Source of the DNA: Eledone cirrhosa
Lineage: Eukaryota
Length of the DNA stretch: 40,867 nt
Assembly: GCA_964016885.1 (NCBI GenBank)
Contig: CAXHJY010001265.1
Location: 1 to 40,867, forward strand
Reading direction: 5' to 3'
Below are positions 13,528 through 26,339 of the stretch, in pieces. Each line of letters begins with the position of its first letter. Positions within the stretch are counted from its first letter, which is position 1. The notes under the pieces are model-generated. The model was not told where the DNA came from and did not search any database. It was given only the letters and a program-made list of their open reading frames with translations. The position numbers and the translations under genes were made by a program.

Positions 13528-14387
13528 TCTTAAATATATTATATATTAAAAGCCTCGCTATTTGTTCCGACTCAAATAGCGAGGCTTCTAGTTAAAATTC
13601 CATCCAGGTCAACTTCGCCTTTTATCCATTCAGTTTCGAGAGATAAAGCCCCAATTCAGAAAGTTCCAATTCGGTGGATCGGTGGAATTGTTAATGTGAC
13701 GGACAAGATGCATTGCAGTATCGTATCTGATTGGCTGTGTGCGACCGTCTGCAACCTTGTAGGAAGCCAGCTAAACCTACATAGATGATGTGAGCTGTAA
13801 CAACGATATGGTAGGACTGGAATCCCTATCATTAAAACACTCAAGGAACATGTTTTGAGATGTGACCCCGTATGATACCAGATAAACTACATGGGTGTGA
13901 GCTGTAATTTAAACAAAAAGAACTTTTAATCCTGTCAAGGATACTGTCCTTTCCTCCTGGCGAAGTGTTAAAGAAAATATGATAAATTACCCTAAAATCA
14001 CACTCAAGCGTGGTGGTGGTGGGGGGTCGCATATTTGATAATATAGTCTTAGATATACGGCAAATGAAGGTTATGAGTGGAATGCCTTTGATTCAGCCCC
14101 CCCCCCCCTTTCAATCAGGCCTAACAACACCCTATCGACTCACTGCCTAGGGTAGTGTGGGATTCTAATTATCTGCCCTTGAATAATGAGTATTAGTTCC
14201 AAGGGTGGTGCTTAAGCCTGGAATCTGTCACAGTATCGCCCCCCCCCCGTCTCTCTTCCTCTCTCAGACTCTCACACCCCCTCTCATGGTTAATTAATTG
14301 TTTGGAATTTTCTCTATTCTGATATAGTAATATAATGCTCATTGATTCTGAGATGTAGGAGTGAATATGAGTGTATGTTTGTGTATG

Positions 14388-14724
14388 ACACACACACACA
14401 CACACACACACACTACACACTACACACTACACACTACACACTACACACTACACACTACACACACTCTCACTCTCTCACACTTTCATTCTCACGCACTCCC
14501 TCACTCTCTTACTCATATTCACTCTCACTCACTGACTATCTCTCATTCTCACTTACACGCACACTCACTTACGCGCACACGCTCACTTACGCGCACACGC
14601 TCACTTACGCGCGCACTCTCACTTACGCGCGCACTCTCACTTACGCGCGCACTCTCACTCACGCGCACACACTCACTCACGCACACACACTCACTCACGC
14701 ACACTCTCCGACTCACACACACAC
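14388..14724. repeat. CA-derived minisatellites (cactaca; 18-bp ctcacttacgcgcgcact)
   Basis: Direct reading. Confidence 0.9.
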
Positions 14725-14863
14725 GTTTATATCGTATCTGACAATAATATTTATGATACACATACATTTTAGCTTCGTGTAAAGATGTATGTGTGTGTGT
14801 GAGTGTGTCTATCTATACCCCCCCCCCCCCCCGGTAAATGTTTATATAATCCACCCCTCCATA

Positions 14864-15032
14864 TACACACGCAAGTGTGGCTGTACACGCAAGTGTGGCT
14901 GTACACGCAAGTATGGCTGTACACGCAAGTATGGGACGACACACGCCAGTGTGGCTGTACACGCAAGTATGGGACTACACATGCAAGTATGGGACTACAC
15001 CCGCAAGTGTGTGGCTGTACACGCAAGTGTGT
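14864..15032. repeat. 18-21-bp minisatellite tacacgcaagt(g/a)tggctg
   Basis: About 8 units. Confidence 0.92.
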
Positions 15033-15123
15033 ATACTTCTTTAAGCTATGATATATTTATGTTAGTACTATTTTAGATGATGTTGATGACGATTTTCACG
15101 TTTTCCATAGTAGATTTGAGTGA

Positions 15124-15480
15124 TCTGGTCCCCAACATATGTCCCAATTCTCTCTTCCCTGTGGCTACCCTAATCTCTAGTCCCTAACATGCCTGCATAT
15201 GCCCTAATTCTCTCCTCCCTGTGGCTACCCAAATCTCTGCTCCCTAACATGCCTGCATATGTCCCAATTCTCTCCTCTCCGTGGCTATCCAAATCTCTGG
15301 TTCCTAACATGCCTGCATGTGTCCCAATTGTCTCCTCCCTGTCTCTACCCAAATCCCTAGTCTCTAACATGCCTGCATATATCCCAATTCTCTCGTCCCT
15401 GTGGCTATCCAAATCTCTGGTCCCTAACATGCCTGCATATGCCCTAATCCTTTCCTTCCTCTGGCAACTCAAACCTCTAG
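15124..15480. repeat. 60-bp minisatellite (~6 copies)
   Basis: ctaacatgcctgcat recurs at exact 60-bp spacing. Confidence 0.97.
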
Positions 15481-15547
15481 AAGTGGGTCACTTAATTATT
15501 CTTCCCGTGTTTTTCTCTTTCTCTTGCAATAACGCCGAAGCTTTAAA

Positions 15548-15675
<128 letters not shown>

Positions 15676-16461
15676 AGAAACACACCATTTTGCGCGCGCA
15701 CACATAGAGAGCAGATAATATTCAGGAAAATATACATACTTTAAGATGGTAAAATTAATTTTTTTCCTTACAGCGCTGTTTCATAGACCAAAGAACGATG
15801 CAAAACCATCGATCTAAGTAATCGATTACTATCGATTTTGGTAAAGCACCGAAAGACAGGATCTAATAATCAGAGGAATATCTTAACATATGTCCCACAC
15901 TGTGCAAAATACCTTTATGTAAAATATAATATTACTTTGAGTTTCAAGGAACCATTGGTTTTATAATCTTCGTTGGCCAAGCACGTATTCTGTATTTTCA
16001 TGAATAAAATAGCCACTTTATCGACTCAACCCAACCCAAGTGTTTTTTTTTTTTTGCTAACACGCAGGATTTTGAGGGAGTTGCGTTGAAAGATTCAGTC
16101 CACCTTGCGGATAGCTCATCTCCGCCCCAATCACACGCACTGTGCGTGTGTGTGTCGAATGGGGTGGTTGGAGAGTCTTGACGCCTGATGTTTATTTGAC
16201 GATAGCCCTTTCGTAATGGGGCGCCGCTGTTACTTTGACAGCTTGTGATCTGCTGATGCCTGGTCGGTGAGTCCACCAGGTGCACACACTCGCTCCCTAC
16301 TCTGTTTTCGCCCCCACTTTTCCTTAGCACCATGCATTCAAATTTCATGTCCGAACTGGTGTAGTCCGCTTTGATAATCCATTTCTTAATCAATTACCAT
16401 ACGGCTGTCACACGTGATGTCTGACACTTCTCAATTGCAATGCATTGTTGTTGTTTATAGT

Positions 16462-16680
16462 TTGGGCACAAGGCCACCAAGCCACCAAATTGAAGAGGGG
16501 GGGGGGTTTCAATTACACCGACCCCAGCACTTCACTGGTACTTTAATTTATTTTATCGACTGTGATAGGATGCAAGGTAAAACTAAGTTTGGTAGGATTT
16601 GAACTGAGAGGGCAAAGAACCAGAATAAATAGCCCCCAGACATTTTTATCCTACGCCATAATAACTCTGCCATTTCAGCG
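16462..16680 (-). mobile_element. Diverged tRNA-SINE copy
   Basis: ggcacaaggcc...ctggtacttt...atttgaactg. Confidence 0.75.
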
Positions 16681-17301
16681 TCTTTTGTTGTTAAATGAGG
16701 CTTTGGGAGGAATTAATGATAGTGTATTAAGAGGAATGTAAGAGAATGAAATTCAAAGACTCAACTATTTAGGTTACATGACAGTACTGATACTAACAAT
16801 AACATTCTGTCTGAATAATTTGTTTTTATCTCATTCAAGAGGTGTTTATATGTGTATGAGGAGAGAGAGAGAGAGCGAGATAATAGCTAGGCTGACCTTA
16901 ACAAGACTTGTAGCTATGAACTGTTGGGTTTCACGTGTGTAAAAAAGAAGTGCTTCTCAAAGTAGGAAATTCTGGCTGGTGGGTTATTATTGGAGTATTG
17001 CCCATACAATATAGATATGGGTTGTGCGAATAAAAAATAAAAAAAAGACAAATAAAACAAATCTCATAATGTTACAAGGGTTACGCTATGAAAAAAAAAC
17101 AAAAAACAAAAAAAAAAACAGCCTGGGAAGCATTATAACACGAATTGAAAAACTTTCATTAACGGAGTTTATTCTTATCAGTAGATTGACGCATTATGGC
17201 CAAATGGTTAAAAAGATGGCTTCTTAATTATATGGTCCAGAGATCGATTCCACGACTTGGCGTCTTTGGCTAGTGTCATTTACCATAGTACAAGGCGACG
17301 A

Positions 17302-17645
17302 ACAGGCAGTTGTTAGAACGTCAGATATAATGTTTCGCGGTATTTGGTCCGGCGATCTACTCACTGAGTTCAAATCCCGTCGAGGTCAATTTTGCCTTTC
17401 ATCCATTCAAGATCGATATAGTACCAGTCAGTGCCGTACTGGGGTCAATTATTCCTCTCTGTCACTTTCTATCCTTCTCTGGAAAAAATCTGCTGTATTC
17501 AGACCTAGAGAAGAGATGGACTCCGACAGGCTTAAAAAATGTCCCAGAAACACCCTAGGTCAATACGGCGCCATTACGACTCCCACATGAGTTACGGGAT
17601 GATACCATATCACCATACCATACCATACCATACCATTTACCATAG
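17302..17645 (+). mobile_element. SINE with shared head but alternative 3' tail ending (ACCAT)n
   Basis: Head ctgagttcaaatcccgtcgaggtcaa; tail homologous to 29965-30115 (minus). Confidence 0.75.
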
Positions 17646-17735
17646 TCTCAGGTCGGCACATGCAATGCCAGTGAAATTGGGAAGTCGCATGGAATGTATG
17701 TACCTGCAATTCAGGGTGGGGGGTGGGGGGGGGGG

Positions 17736-17855
17736 GCTTGTCACACTGAATTTCTTTGAGAATTACATTGTAGATACACTTGTCTGTGGAACGCTCAGCG
17801 ACTTCGCTAATTTTACAAACAGGCTGTTCCTTTGATTGAACAACTGGAACACTGA
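17736..17855 (+). mobile_element. 3' portion of a CORE-like SINE family
   Basis: Reverse-complement similarity to 19720-19850 and 39215-39270. Confidence 0.6.
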
Positions 17856-18139
17856 GACAAACACGTCAATTCAATTCCATTCCAGTCAAAAACTAGTGCT
17901 GTTGAAATTCTAAATACAAAGAAGGGAGATAACTCCAATAAACTCTCATAATCTAAATTTGTGATAGTATGTAGTGTGGTCTCACTTAACGTTCATCACC
18001 CATTCAACACTAGAAACCACGAGATGATACTCTGTGTAAACTTCAATGAAGTATATAAATAGCTGTGATGATAATGGTGGAAGATCGGTTAATTAAAATG
18101 TTTTCCTTTTAAGTTTGTCTGTATGAAAATTTGTTAGCA

Positions 18140-18480
18140 TCGCCATCACCACTACCATGACTACTACTGCCAATACCACCTCCACCACCACTGTCAATAC
18201 CACCACCACCACCACCACCACCACCACCACCACCACCACCACCACTGTCAATATCACCACCACTACTGTCAATACCACCACCACCACCACCACTGCCGCC
18301 ACCACCACCACCACCACTACCACCACCACCACCACTACTGCCAACGCCATCACCACCACCACTGCCAACACCATCATCACCACTACTGCCAACACCATCA
18401 TCACCACTACTGCCAACACCATCATCACCACTACTGCCAACACCATCATCACCACTACTGCCAACACCGCCACCATTACT
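18140..18480. repeat. (CAC/CAT)n trinucleotide tract with a 24-bp higher-order unit
   Basis: actgccaacaccatcatcaccact repeated 4 times. Confidence 0.95.
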
Positions 18481-18951
18481 TCCTCAATACTACAAACATC
18501 GCTAATTACCTCTACTAAGACCACTAACCACCACCATTATCCCTATGGCCACATCATCATCATCATCACTAGTTCTCTTCTGCCAACACTCCCATCTCCC
18601 CCCCCCCTCTCTCCAGTGCACTCGAGTATTTAGCTGTTGGCAACTCTGCTGATCAACTTTCATCTCTCTTTCTATCCCCCCCCCTCACTCTCCCCGTCTC
18701 CCTCTTTCCTCTCATATGCTCCCTCCCTCATGCTCAATCAACATTCTCTCACGTGTATACACAACAGACTTGTGTTGCGCGCGCACACACACACACACGC
18801 ACGTTATCACATGAACATACAATCACATTCACACACATTCTCTCATGTGCATTAATTTCATACATCTACACACATTCCTATACGCATTCAACATATAAAT
18901 CATCCTTGTACACGCGCGCATACAGTATTATATACATTCATTCATTCAGTG

Positions 18952-18991
<40 letters not shown>

Positions 18992-19683
18992 ATGGTTCTC
19001 CAGTCGTGTCCGAGGAAAACCTACAAGGAGAGGTTCCATAATATTGAAAGGACTCCGAATTGTTTCTTTTTGCTCCTATAAACTACCCACTAGGGCTCTC
19101 AATGCAAGTGTTAACTTCCCTCCCCCTCAGCTCTCTATACTTGCACGTCTTTTACTAGATAGACCTTACAAACTAAATTGTTTGTGGTGCCTCCACATCC
19201 CTACTCTTTCTCTCTCACACACACACACTCATACATGCACTCACACACATACCCCCACACCCACTCTCTCCCAGGCATTACACACACACACACACACACA
19301 CAGACACACAGACACACAGACAGAGAGAGAGACAGCCTTTTACTGTTATTTCCGTTTGCCAAGTTTCACTCACTAACCATTGGTCATCCCATGGCTATAG
19401 TAGTAGGCACTTGCCCAAAGTGCCACGCAACGGCGCCTCTCAGATACATACACACGTGCGTACATACGTGTTAGGGTGACTTACGATCATAAGGTCTTTA
19501 TTGACAGAGCCTAACCTTCGCGTGACAGACGGACAACAAATGGTGTTCAGTTATTATAATATATATATTATACGACTGCAGGATATTCTAGACCGATGTA
19601 GATTAATGATTATAGTCTATTACAATGTTAGCATGTGAAGATGGCCTCAGTGATGATATATAATTGATCATACCATGCTGTTG

Positions 19684-20065
19684 GGCCTCCGTCGGTCGCG
19701 ACAAAGAATGTTGAGTTGCTCGAACAACCGAGCAACCTGTTCGTGAAATTAACGTGCAAGTGCCTGGTCAGTTCCACAGACACGTGTATTCTCGACGTAG
19801 CTCCCAGGAAGATTCAGTGTAACTGTGTAACAAGGCTGGCCTCTTTGAATTATATTTCCAATCAGTCTTGTATTAGAATTGACCGGGTAATCCCACAGAC
19901 ACGTGCACCGTTATCGTAGTTTTCAGGGAGATTCAACGGAACGCAGTGTGTGGAGGGTTGGAGCAGCAAGAAAGGGTCTGTCCGAGTGAAGGAGTCAATG
20001 TGCCGCCGGGACTCTAACGCATGATCTTACGATGGTGATCCGACCACCGTAAATATTAAGGCTTC
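19684..20065 (-). mobile_element. Diverged SINE (minus) with internal duplication
   Basis: ctg(t/c)tcgt.aaat.aacgt.aagtg is shared with 25285-25315; ccacagacacgtg...gattca occurs twice. Confidence 0.7.
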
Positions 20066-20483
20066 ACCATCAAAGCATATTGCCATGTTACAATACGAGA
20101 AGATGACCTCAGTGAAATTCATCAATGTCTGTTATTAGATGGCGCTCAATAATTTCCCTGCCAAACACTCCACCAAGTTGTTTAATCTTCGGTTTAAGTT
20201 AGTGCTAACGCAGCATTATTAATTAATTAATACTTTATGTATATAATATAACTAATATTGTCTAGCTTTCATCGTACTTGCTCGATATAGCGATGAATGA
20301 GTCATGCAGGATGTAAAGAAAGACAGAAAATTGTACATTGATTGTAGTGAGAACAATGTAATTGTTTCCAGATTAAATAATTCAGACTTCATCTGCATGA
20401 AAAACGAATACGTCTGTTATTAGTGTTAACATATTTAATGTGGGAAGGATTTCGTTGTTAATACGAAATAAATACACAATGTA

Positions 20484-20585
20484 AAGGCACGTGGTCTAGT
20501 GGTTAGGGTGTTCCAGTCACAATCATAAGGTCGTGGGTTCGAACACCTTGTGTTCTTGAAGATGTTGCTTCATTTCCCGTTGTTC
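20484..20585 (+). mobile_element. tRNA-derived SINE head
   Basis: gtggtctagtggttaggg...gggttcgaac. Confidence 0.75.
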
Positions 20586-21048
20586 CCATTGTTAAAAACA
20601 ACCGAGAAACTTCCTGTAAACTACAACCTCGTAATCGGCCAGCTAAACCGGTATAGGTGTGAACTGTAACAACATAAGAGAACTGGGGCTCTCACCATTA
20701 AAACACCCGAGAAATTTCCTGTGAAATGCATCCTCATGGGGCCAGCTAAACCTGCTGTACATTTCATTATTTTTTCATTTTCATACCCCTACTTATATGG
20801 AATTGTTAGAACGTCGGGCGGGATACCTTGTCGAGTTTGTTTAGGGTGGGATGGTGCACCTTGAGCAATGTCCTTTTTCATAGTCTCGGACCGGCTCATT
20901 CATTATAATTTAAACCGGGTGTAAAAGCCCGACGGATGGAGTGTACTTGTAACCCAGAAGTACAACCTTGTCGCTGCACAGTGTGTCGTGCTGGTTTTAC
21001 TCGAGAATTATATATGGTTGTCTGCGGAATACGCAGGTATACTCAGCG

Positions 21049-21568
21049 ACTCTTGGGTCTCAAATAATAGGGGGTTGGTGGAATAAGGGATCTCTTGATT
21101 TAAAAAACAAACAAACACAGAATTAGTCGTTTAGTTCACCTATTGAGGCCCCATCGCACCCTATTTTATAGCGTATAGGATTTTTTTGCAATATATAATT
21201 TTCTACATTTGGCACAAGGCCAACAATTATCCCAGTGCATTACTAGTACTTTATTTTATCAACCCCGTAAGGATGAAAGGTAAAGTTAACCTCGGTGGGA
21301 TTTGAACTCGGACCATAAAGAGGTGTAACTCTATGCTGCAAAGCATGGCGTCTGCCCCTCTACTGATACTGCCAATCCACCACCCTCATATATATAATGT
21401 TTTTTTTAATGTATAAAGAAAATTGATTGTAGCCGGACTGCTACCACTTAACAAATTAAAATTTCGCTGTAGATAGATTAGCAAAATTTAATAAGCGGGG
21501 GTGTGGTGTAGGGTGGACGAAAAAATCTGAAAAATTAATAAGCCGGGGTGGAGATGAGACCCAAGAGT
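21049..21568. mobile_element. MITE-like element with 14-bp TIRs, interrupted by a SINE
   Basis: actcttgggtctca (21049-21062) / tgagacccaagagt (21555-21568), with subterminal aata(a)g(c)gggg motifs. Confidence 0.65.
21200..21386 (-). mobile_element. Dominant tRNA-SINE copy
   Basis: Full consensus on minus; probable TSD atatataat (21191-21199 / 21390-21398). Confidence 0.9.
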
Positions 21569-21886
21569 ACTTACACGCTACTTCAACAAACAGGTAGTTC
21601 ATCGTCGAAACCGACAGTAAACCGTTTAGAGTTTTTTTTCTCCTTCCATTTCAACCAGAACGTGTTTCTCTTTTAACACAACGGTCTCCTGCACTTAAAA
21701 AAAAAAAAATTAGACACCAGAAATTCAATACATATTAATCAGAAAGATTCGGTGTGATAGCTGTGTGTTGTCAGTCCACTTCAGTCTCTTTCAAACTGAT
21801 ATTGAGGACAGCAACCATAACAACGAATTTACTGAATACACAACAAATTCATAGCTGCCTTCAAGACTACATATATATATAAATAT

Positions 21887-21919
<33 letters not shown>

Positions 21920-21960
21920 AAATCTTAACCATTTAACATCTCAGGATATGTCATGTATCA

Positions 21961-22021
21961 TTATATTTTGTCTGATGAGGATGTACTGTTGTACCTCCGA
22001 AATATGTATAATAAAATGTAA
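21961..22021 (+). ncRNA. Minimal type I hammerhead ribozyme motif (family C)
   Basis: UUAUAUUUUGU-CUGAUGA-GGAUGUAC-UGUU-GUACCUCC-GAA-AUAUGUAU-A-AUAAAAUGUAA; predicted cut after A22010. Confidence 0.85.
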
Positions 22022-22087
22022 TTGATCACAAGACTATCTATTTTATTAATATTTGTATATTAATAAAATAGATGTTCTTTTGATCAA

Positions 22088-22148
22088 TTACATTTTATTA
22101 TACATATTTCGGAGGTACAACAGTACATCCTCATCAGACAAAATATAA
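22088..22148 (-). ncRNA. Minimal type I hammerhead ribozyme motif (family C), mirror copy
   Basis: Identical reverse complement of 21961-22021. Confidence 0.85.
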
Positions 22149-22355
22149 TGATACATGACATACCCTGAGATGTTAAATGGTTAAGATTTTATATATATAT
22201 ATATTTGTATAGAGATAGCACCCATGTCGTTGTGCATAACACCACTTCAGTATATACGGTTCCCCTTTTGTGAAGGTAAGAATGAAAAAAAAAGGGGGGG
22301 GGGGGGATATATTACAGGTTTTTGTATAATACGACCCACTAGAGTACAGACGTGG

Positions 22356-22412
<57 letters not shown>

Positions 22413-22468
22413 ATTCTTCTTTGTGTCAATTTGTACCATGTTATCCATCGAAATCTCCATCATATATA

Positions 22469-22564
22469 CAGGGTCCCCCCCCCCCAAAAAAACATCAACA
22501 GCATTCTAATGGATATTGCCAGTGCAGGTAATCAAAGTGTGTATACATATTTGGGGACACCCTG
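22469..22564. mobile_element. Tiny Tc1/mariner-type MITE
   Basis: ta-cagggt(c)ccc..aaaa ... tttggggacaccctg: CAGGGTGTCCCCAAA-type TIR, left copy degraded. Confidence 0.6.
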
Positions 22565-22577
22565 TGTGTGTGTGTGT

Positions 22578-22728
22578 GTAAAATTCCGTTATAACGAATT
22601 TTTCTGTAAAACGAAATGTTTTCAATCACCGAAGTAATAACAAACGAACGCTCGATTTGTTTCGGTCGATCTCCTTAGAACGAATTTTTTTTATACCTCG
22701 TAAATTTCATTATGACGGAATTTTACTA
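22578..22728. mobile_element. pogo/Tigger-like MITE
   Basis: TIRs gtaaaattccgttataacgaa / ttcattatgacggaattttac; an inverted paralog lies at 31126-31258. Confidence 0.75.
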
Positions 22729-22797
22729 TATTTCTCTCTGTCTGTCTGTCTGTCTGTCTGTCACTAAAGTACTTAGTTTCTTCATGGCGTTAGATAG

Positions 22798-22925
22798 ATG
22801 GTGAATTAACAAAGTTGTTAGAACGTTGAACTCGAACTCAGTTCAATTCCCGTTGAGGTCAACTTTGCCTTTAACATTCTCGAGGTCGATAAAATAAAGT
22901 ACCGGTTCAGTACTGAAGTTGATTC
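22798..22925 (+). mobile_element. Diverged tRNA-SINE copy
   Basis: agttcaattcccgttgaggtcaactttgcc...gtcgataaaataaagtacc. Confidence 0.75.
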
Positions 22926-23109
22926 TCTCGTTCCTTCTCTCTCCACCCTCTTTCTTCCCCATACTCACCCATCTTCCTCCACCCCATTTCTCTACTCCTC
23001 TCCCTTTATTACTACTGAGATTCTATTTCCCACGCACAATCTGAAATTCGTGGCTCTATCAGGATTTTTGAAACTATATTTTATATTCCACGTTGGAATC
23101 AAGATATAT

Positions 23110-23173
<64 letters not shown>

Positions 23174-23986
23174 AAACACACACACACACACATGAGGGAG
23201 AGAGAGATACAAACAGATACCTGACACGTGACTATCTTGCCAAGAATTTTCGGTTCATATGTTAAAAATAGCAAATTGATATTCCTCCATTTGAAATCTA
23301 TAAGAGCACATAGAAAACATTTTATCACTCCACTATCTATAAGATAGTATGTTAGCGCTAATACAGACCTGTTAATAAACACCACTGGTGAATCATATCC
23401 CTAGAGGGGACACTGTGGTCAAACAGTACTATCTACAGTGATTGCCTGTCGGGGATGCAATCATTCTGTAACATATGTGAATATCATTACAATATATTGG
23501 TTATTATTAAAAATAAATTGTAAACGATATTGAATTTAATGAAAAATATATAAAAAAAAAATATAAACTTGCACGTGTAATGTTTTAGTTACTATACCAA
23601 GTAATTTTATTCAATATGAAGTATAGTCAATCATATCGATCCCAAGTACCTATTTTGTCGAACTGCTAATTTAACGCGCGCGCGCGCACACGCACACACA
23701 CACATACACACATATATATACATATATATACACATATATACACATATATACACATATATACACAGATACAGACTCCATGTCTGGATTTCTGTCCCGTAAC
23801 CTTGCAGTTTGGTAAAAAGAGATCAATAAAATAAGTGCTGCGTAAAAATAACCTTAATCTATGATGGTGTCCCAACGCGCACACTCACTCGTCCCTGCCC
23901 TCATCCCTACCCTATATATATAAATATTGATGCAGCTTGTATGTATCTGAAAGAGATGCTGCAGCCTGCTGGTTATATATTCTGAT

Positions 23987-24018
<32 letters not shown>

Positions 24019-24597
24019 AACAAATGGAAGTTCAGTAGAATCGAAGCTCTGGCTGCAGCCATGCTAACGAATGCAATCGAGATATGCAGCTAAGCACTCA
24101 ATAGAGTAATAACATTACGTTTAGACAGCTTGGCAAATTGAAGACTGCGACCGGTTAGCCAGCCGCAAGGACCAAAGCAACGAGAAAATGAGAGAGAGAG
24201 AGAGAGAGAGATAATGTGAATATATAACCAGCCAGCTGCAGCATCTCTTTCAGAGAAATTAGTTCTGCTTGAAAGTAAAAGAAAATCTTGGCACATGAAA
24301 TAGGAATTGGTAACAGCAGCAGCTAGACTACTAACTGGGTAAACAACAGTTAATGATGATGGTGTGGTGGTATTGATGGCAGTTCTCTCTCACTACCATA
24401 CCCCAGTATTTCTTCCAGCTTCAATTGTGACTCCAGTTCTAACACCTTTGTGGTTAACTTTGTCTTTCGGGGGCGATGAGTAAAGTACCAATCCAGGGGC
24501 AGTGTATTAGAGGAATTGTTAAGTGTCAGATGAGATGTTTTGTGGTTGCTGATTCAGTTCTGGGTGTAAAATGAGTTTAAATCATGCCTACCTTATA

Positions 24598-25008
24598 ACA
24601 GACAGATAGTATGAGCAATGCAAAGACCAATGGAAACATAGTTTCCTTGGTGTGATCTGGCGATCAGCTCCTTTCTACTGCCAGGAGTTGTGACTGACAG
24701 TATCAGCAACAGAAAGACTAATGGAAACTGATTCTTTGCTGCGATTTGGTAACCAGCTCCTTTCTAATGCCAGGGATTGTGACTGAGAGCATCAACTATA
24801 GAAAGATCAATTGAAACAGTTTCCTTGGTGTCATCTGGTGACCAGGTCTTTTCTACTGCTTGGGGTTGTGACTGACAGATAGTATCAGCAATGCAATGAC
24901 CAATTAAACATAGTTTTCTTGGAGCCATCTGGTGACCTGTTTATTTCTACTGTCAGAAACTGTAACAGACAGATAGTTTTTTTTGTTGTGATCTAGCGAC
25001 CAGCTTCT
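24598..25008. repeat. ~90-bp diverged tandem repeat (~4.5 copies)
   Basis: Recurrent gacagatagtatcagcaa...tttccttggtg..atctggtgaccagctcctttctactgc. Confidence 0.9.
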
Positions 25009-25374
25009 TCCCATTTCTTCTTTCTTAACAGAATTGATATAAAAGTATGGATTACCTCCCTTTCTTTCTACTTCAAAAGTTGTGAGTTAACATTGTTTTT
25101 CATGTTACTGCTGTCTCGGTACTGACTTGATAAAATAAAAACAAACAATTGACTATATATCTTCCCCATTGTGAAAATACTTGGTATATGAATCAGGAGA
25201 AAAACTGAAATGAAAACGACGAATTTAGAGGAATGGATCTCCGTCGATTTCGACGGTCAGTTTCTCAGGCCGATCAACGAAACGGTCTGCTCGTCAAATA
25301 AACGTAAGTGGCTGGGCATTCCTCAAACATGATTGCTCTTGTCGAATGTGCCCCCCCCCCCTTTATATATATAT

Positions 25375-25983
25375 ATGATGGTTGGAAAATCACTGACGAA
25401 GGACTATTTTTATCATATGTAACCCATGTGCAAACCACGCAGTATTCTTCTTTCTTATGTTTTTTATATATATTTACCTCGGCTGCGTTTGTCTGTTTCT
25501 CTCTTACTGCTTCCCCGCTCTCTCTGTTTCTCTCACCTTATTTCTCCCCCTCTGTCAGTTACACTTTCTCTCGACTGACCTCTTCCTCACACTTCCACTC
25601 ACTCACTCTCTGTTTCTCCCCTTCTCACTTCCTCCCGTTTGGCTTGTGTGGGTCTCTTCTTGCTCACATCTCACATACATCAACACGGTCTGTACCTCTC
25701 TCGCTCATGAAATCCACCTAGCTTATGCTGACCGGACAACCATGTTGCTTGTTTATTTTCCTATCTTCGGTTTGCTTTTATTTTTCTATGTTGTTTACTT
25801 GTCCCCCTCGCCTTACGTGAATTCTGGTCCCAATAACTTTTTTTAGTTATTGCTCGCACCAACCTGAGGTATCTGATTTTTAATGCGATGAAATACCAAT
25901 GATGGTTGGAAAATCACTGACGAAGGACTATTTTTATCATATGTAACCCATGTACAAACCACGCAGTATTCTTCTTTCTTCTC

Positions 25984-25990
<7 letters not shown>
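25375..25990 (+). mobile_element. Direct-repeat (pLTR-like) non-coding element between (TA)n tracts
   Basis: 82-bp repeats 25375-25456 and 25899-25980 (1 mismatch, period 524), each containing CTGACGA. Confidence 0.7.
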
Positions 25991-26025
<35 letters not shown>

Positions 26026-26339
26026 ATGTATATGGATAGTTGGGTCAGGCCCGTCACAGGTCTCCGGGCATCAACACAATATATCAACAAAAGATTGTTC
26101 ACCTATCTTAAAATATATTTACTCACAACTTATATTGAATTGTGCGCGCTAGGTAGGCGAGATATACGATAAACATTTAATGTCTGTATACTCTATCTAT
26201 TTATAACTACACCTGTACGTGGTTTGGGTTAAATCTCTTACTCTGTCTGTAAGATACATATATTTATCGTACACACGTCTCTCTCCCTCTCTCTCTCCCT
26301 CTTCCCTCTCTCTCTCCCCCTCTCTCCCTCTCTCTGTGA

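Larger units (their letters stand above)
21919..22190. mobile_element. 272-bp fold-back element (134-bp arms, 4-nt loop) with a hammerhead on each strand (family C)
   Basis: 21919-22052 versus 22057-22190: 4 mismatches; embedded in (TA)n. Confidence 0.92.

Noticed and set aside
18093-18633. Thr-rich mucin-like / poly-Val ORFs
   Set aside because: Trinucleotide repeat with no splice or domain evidence.
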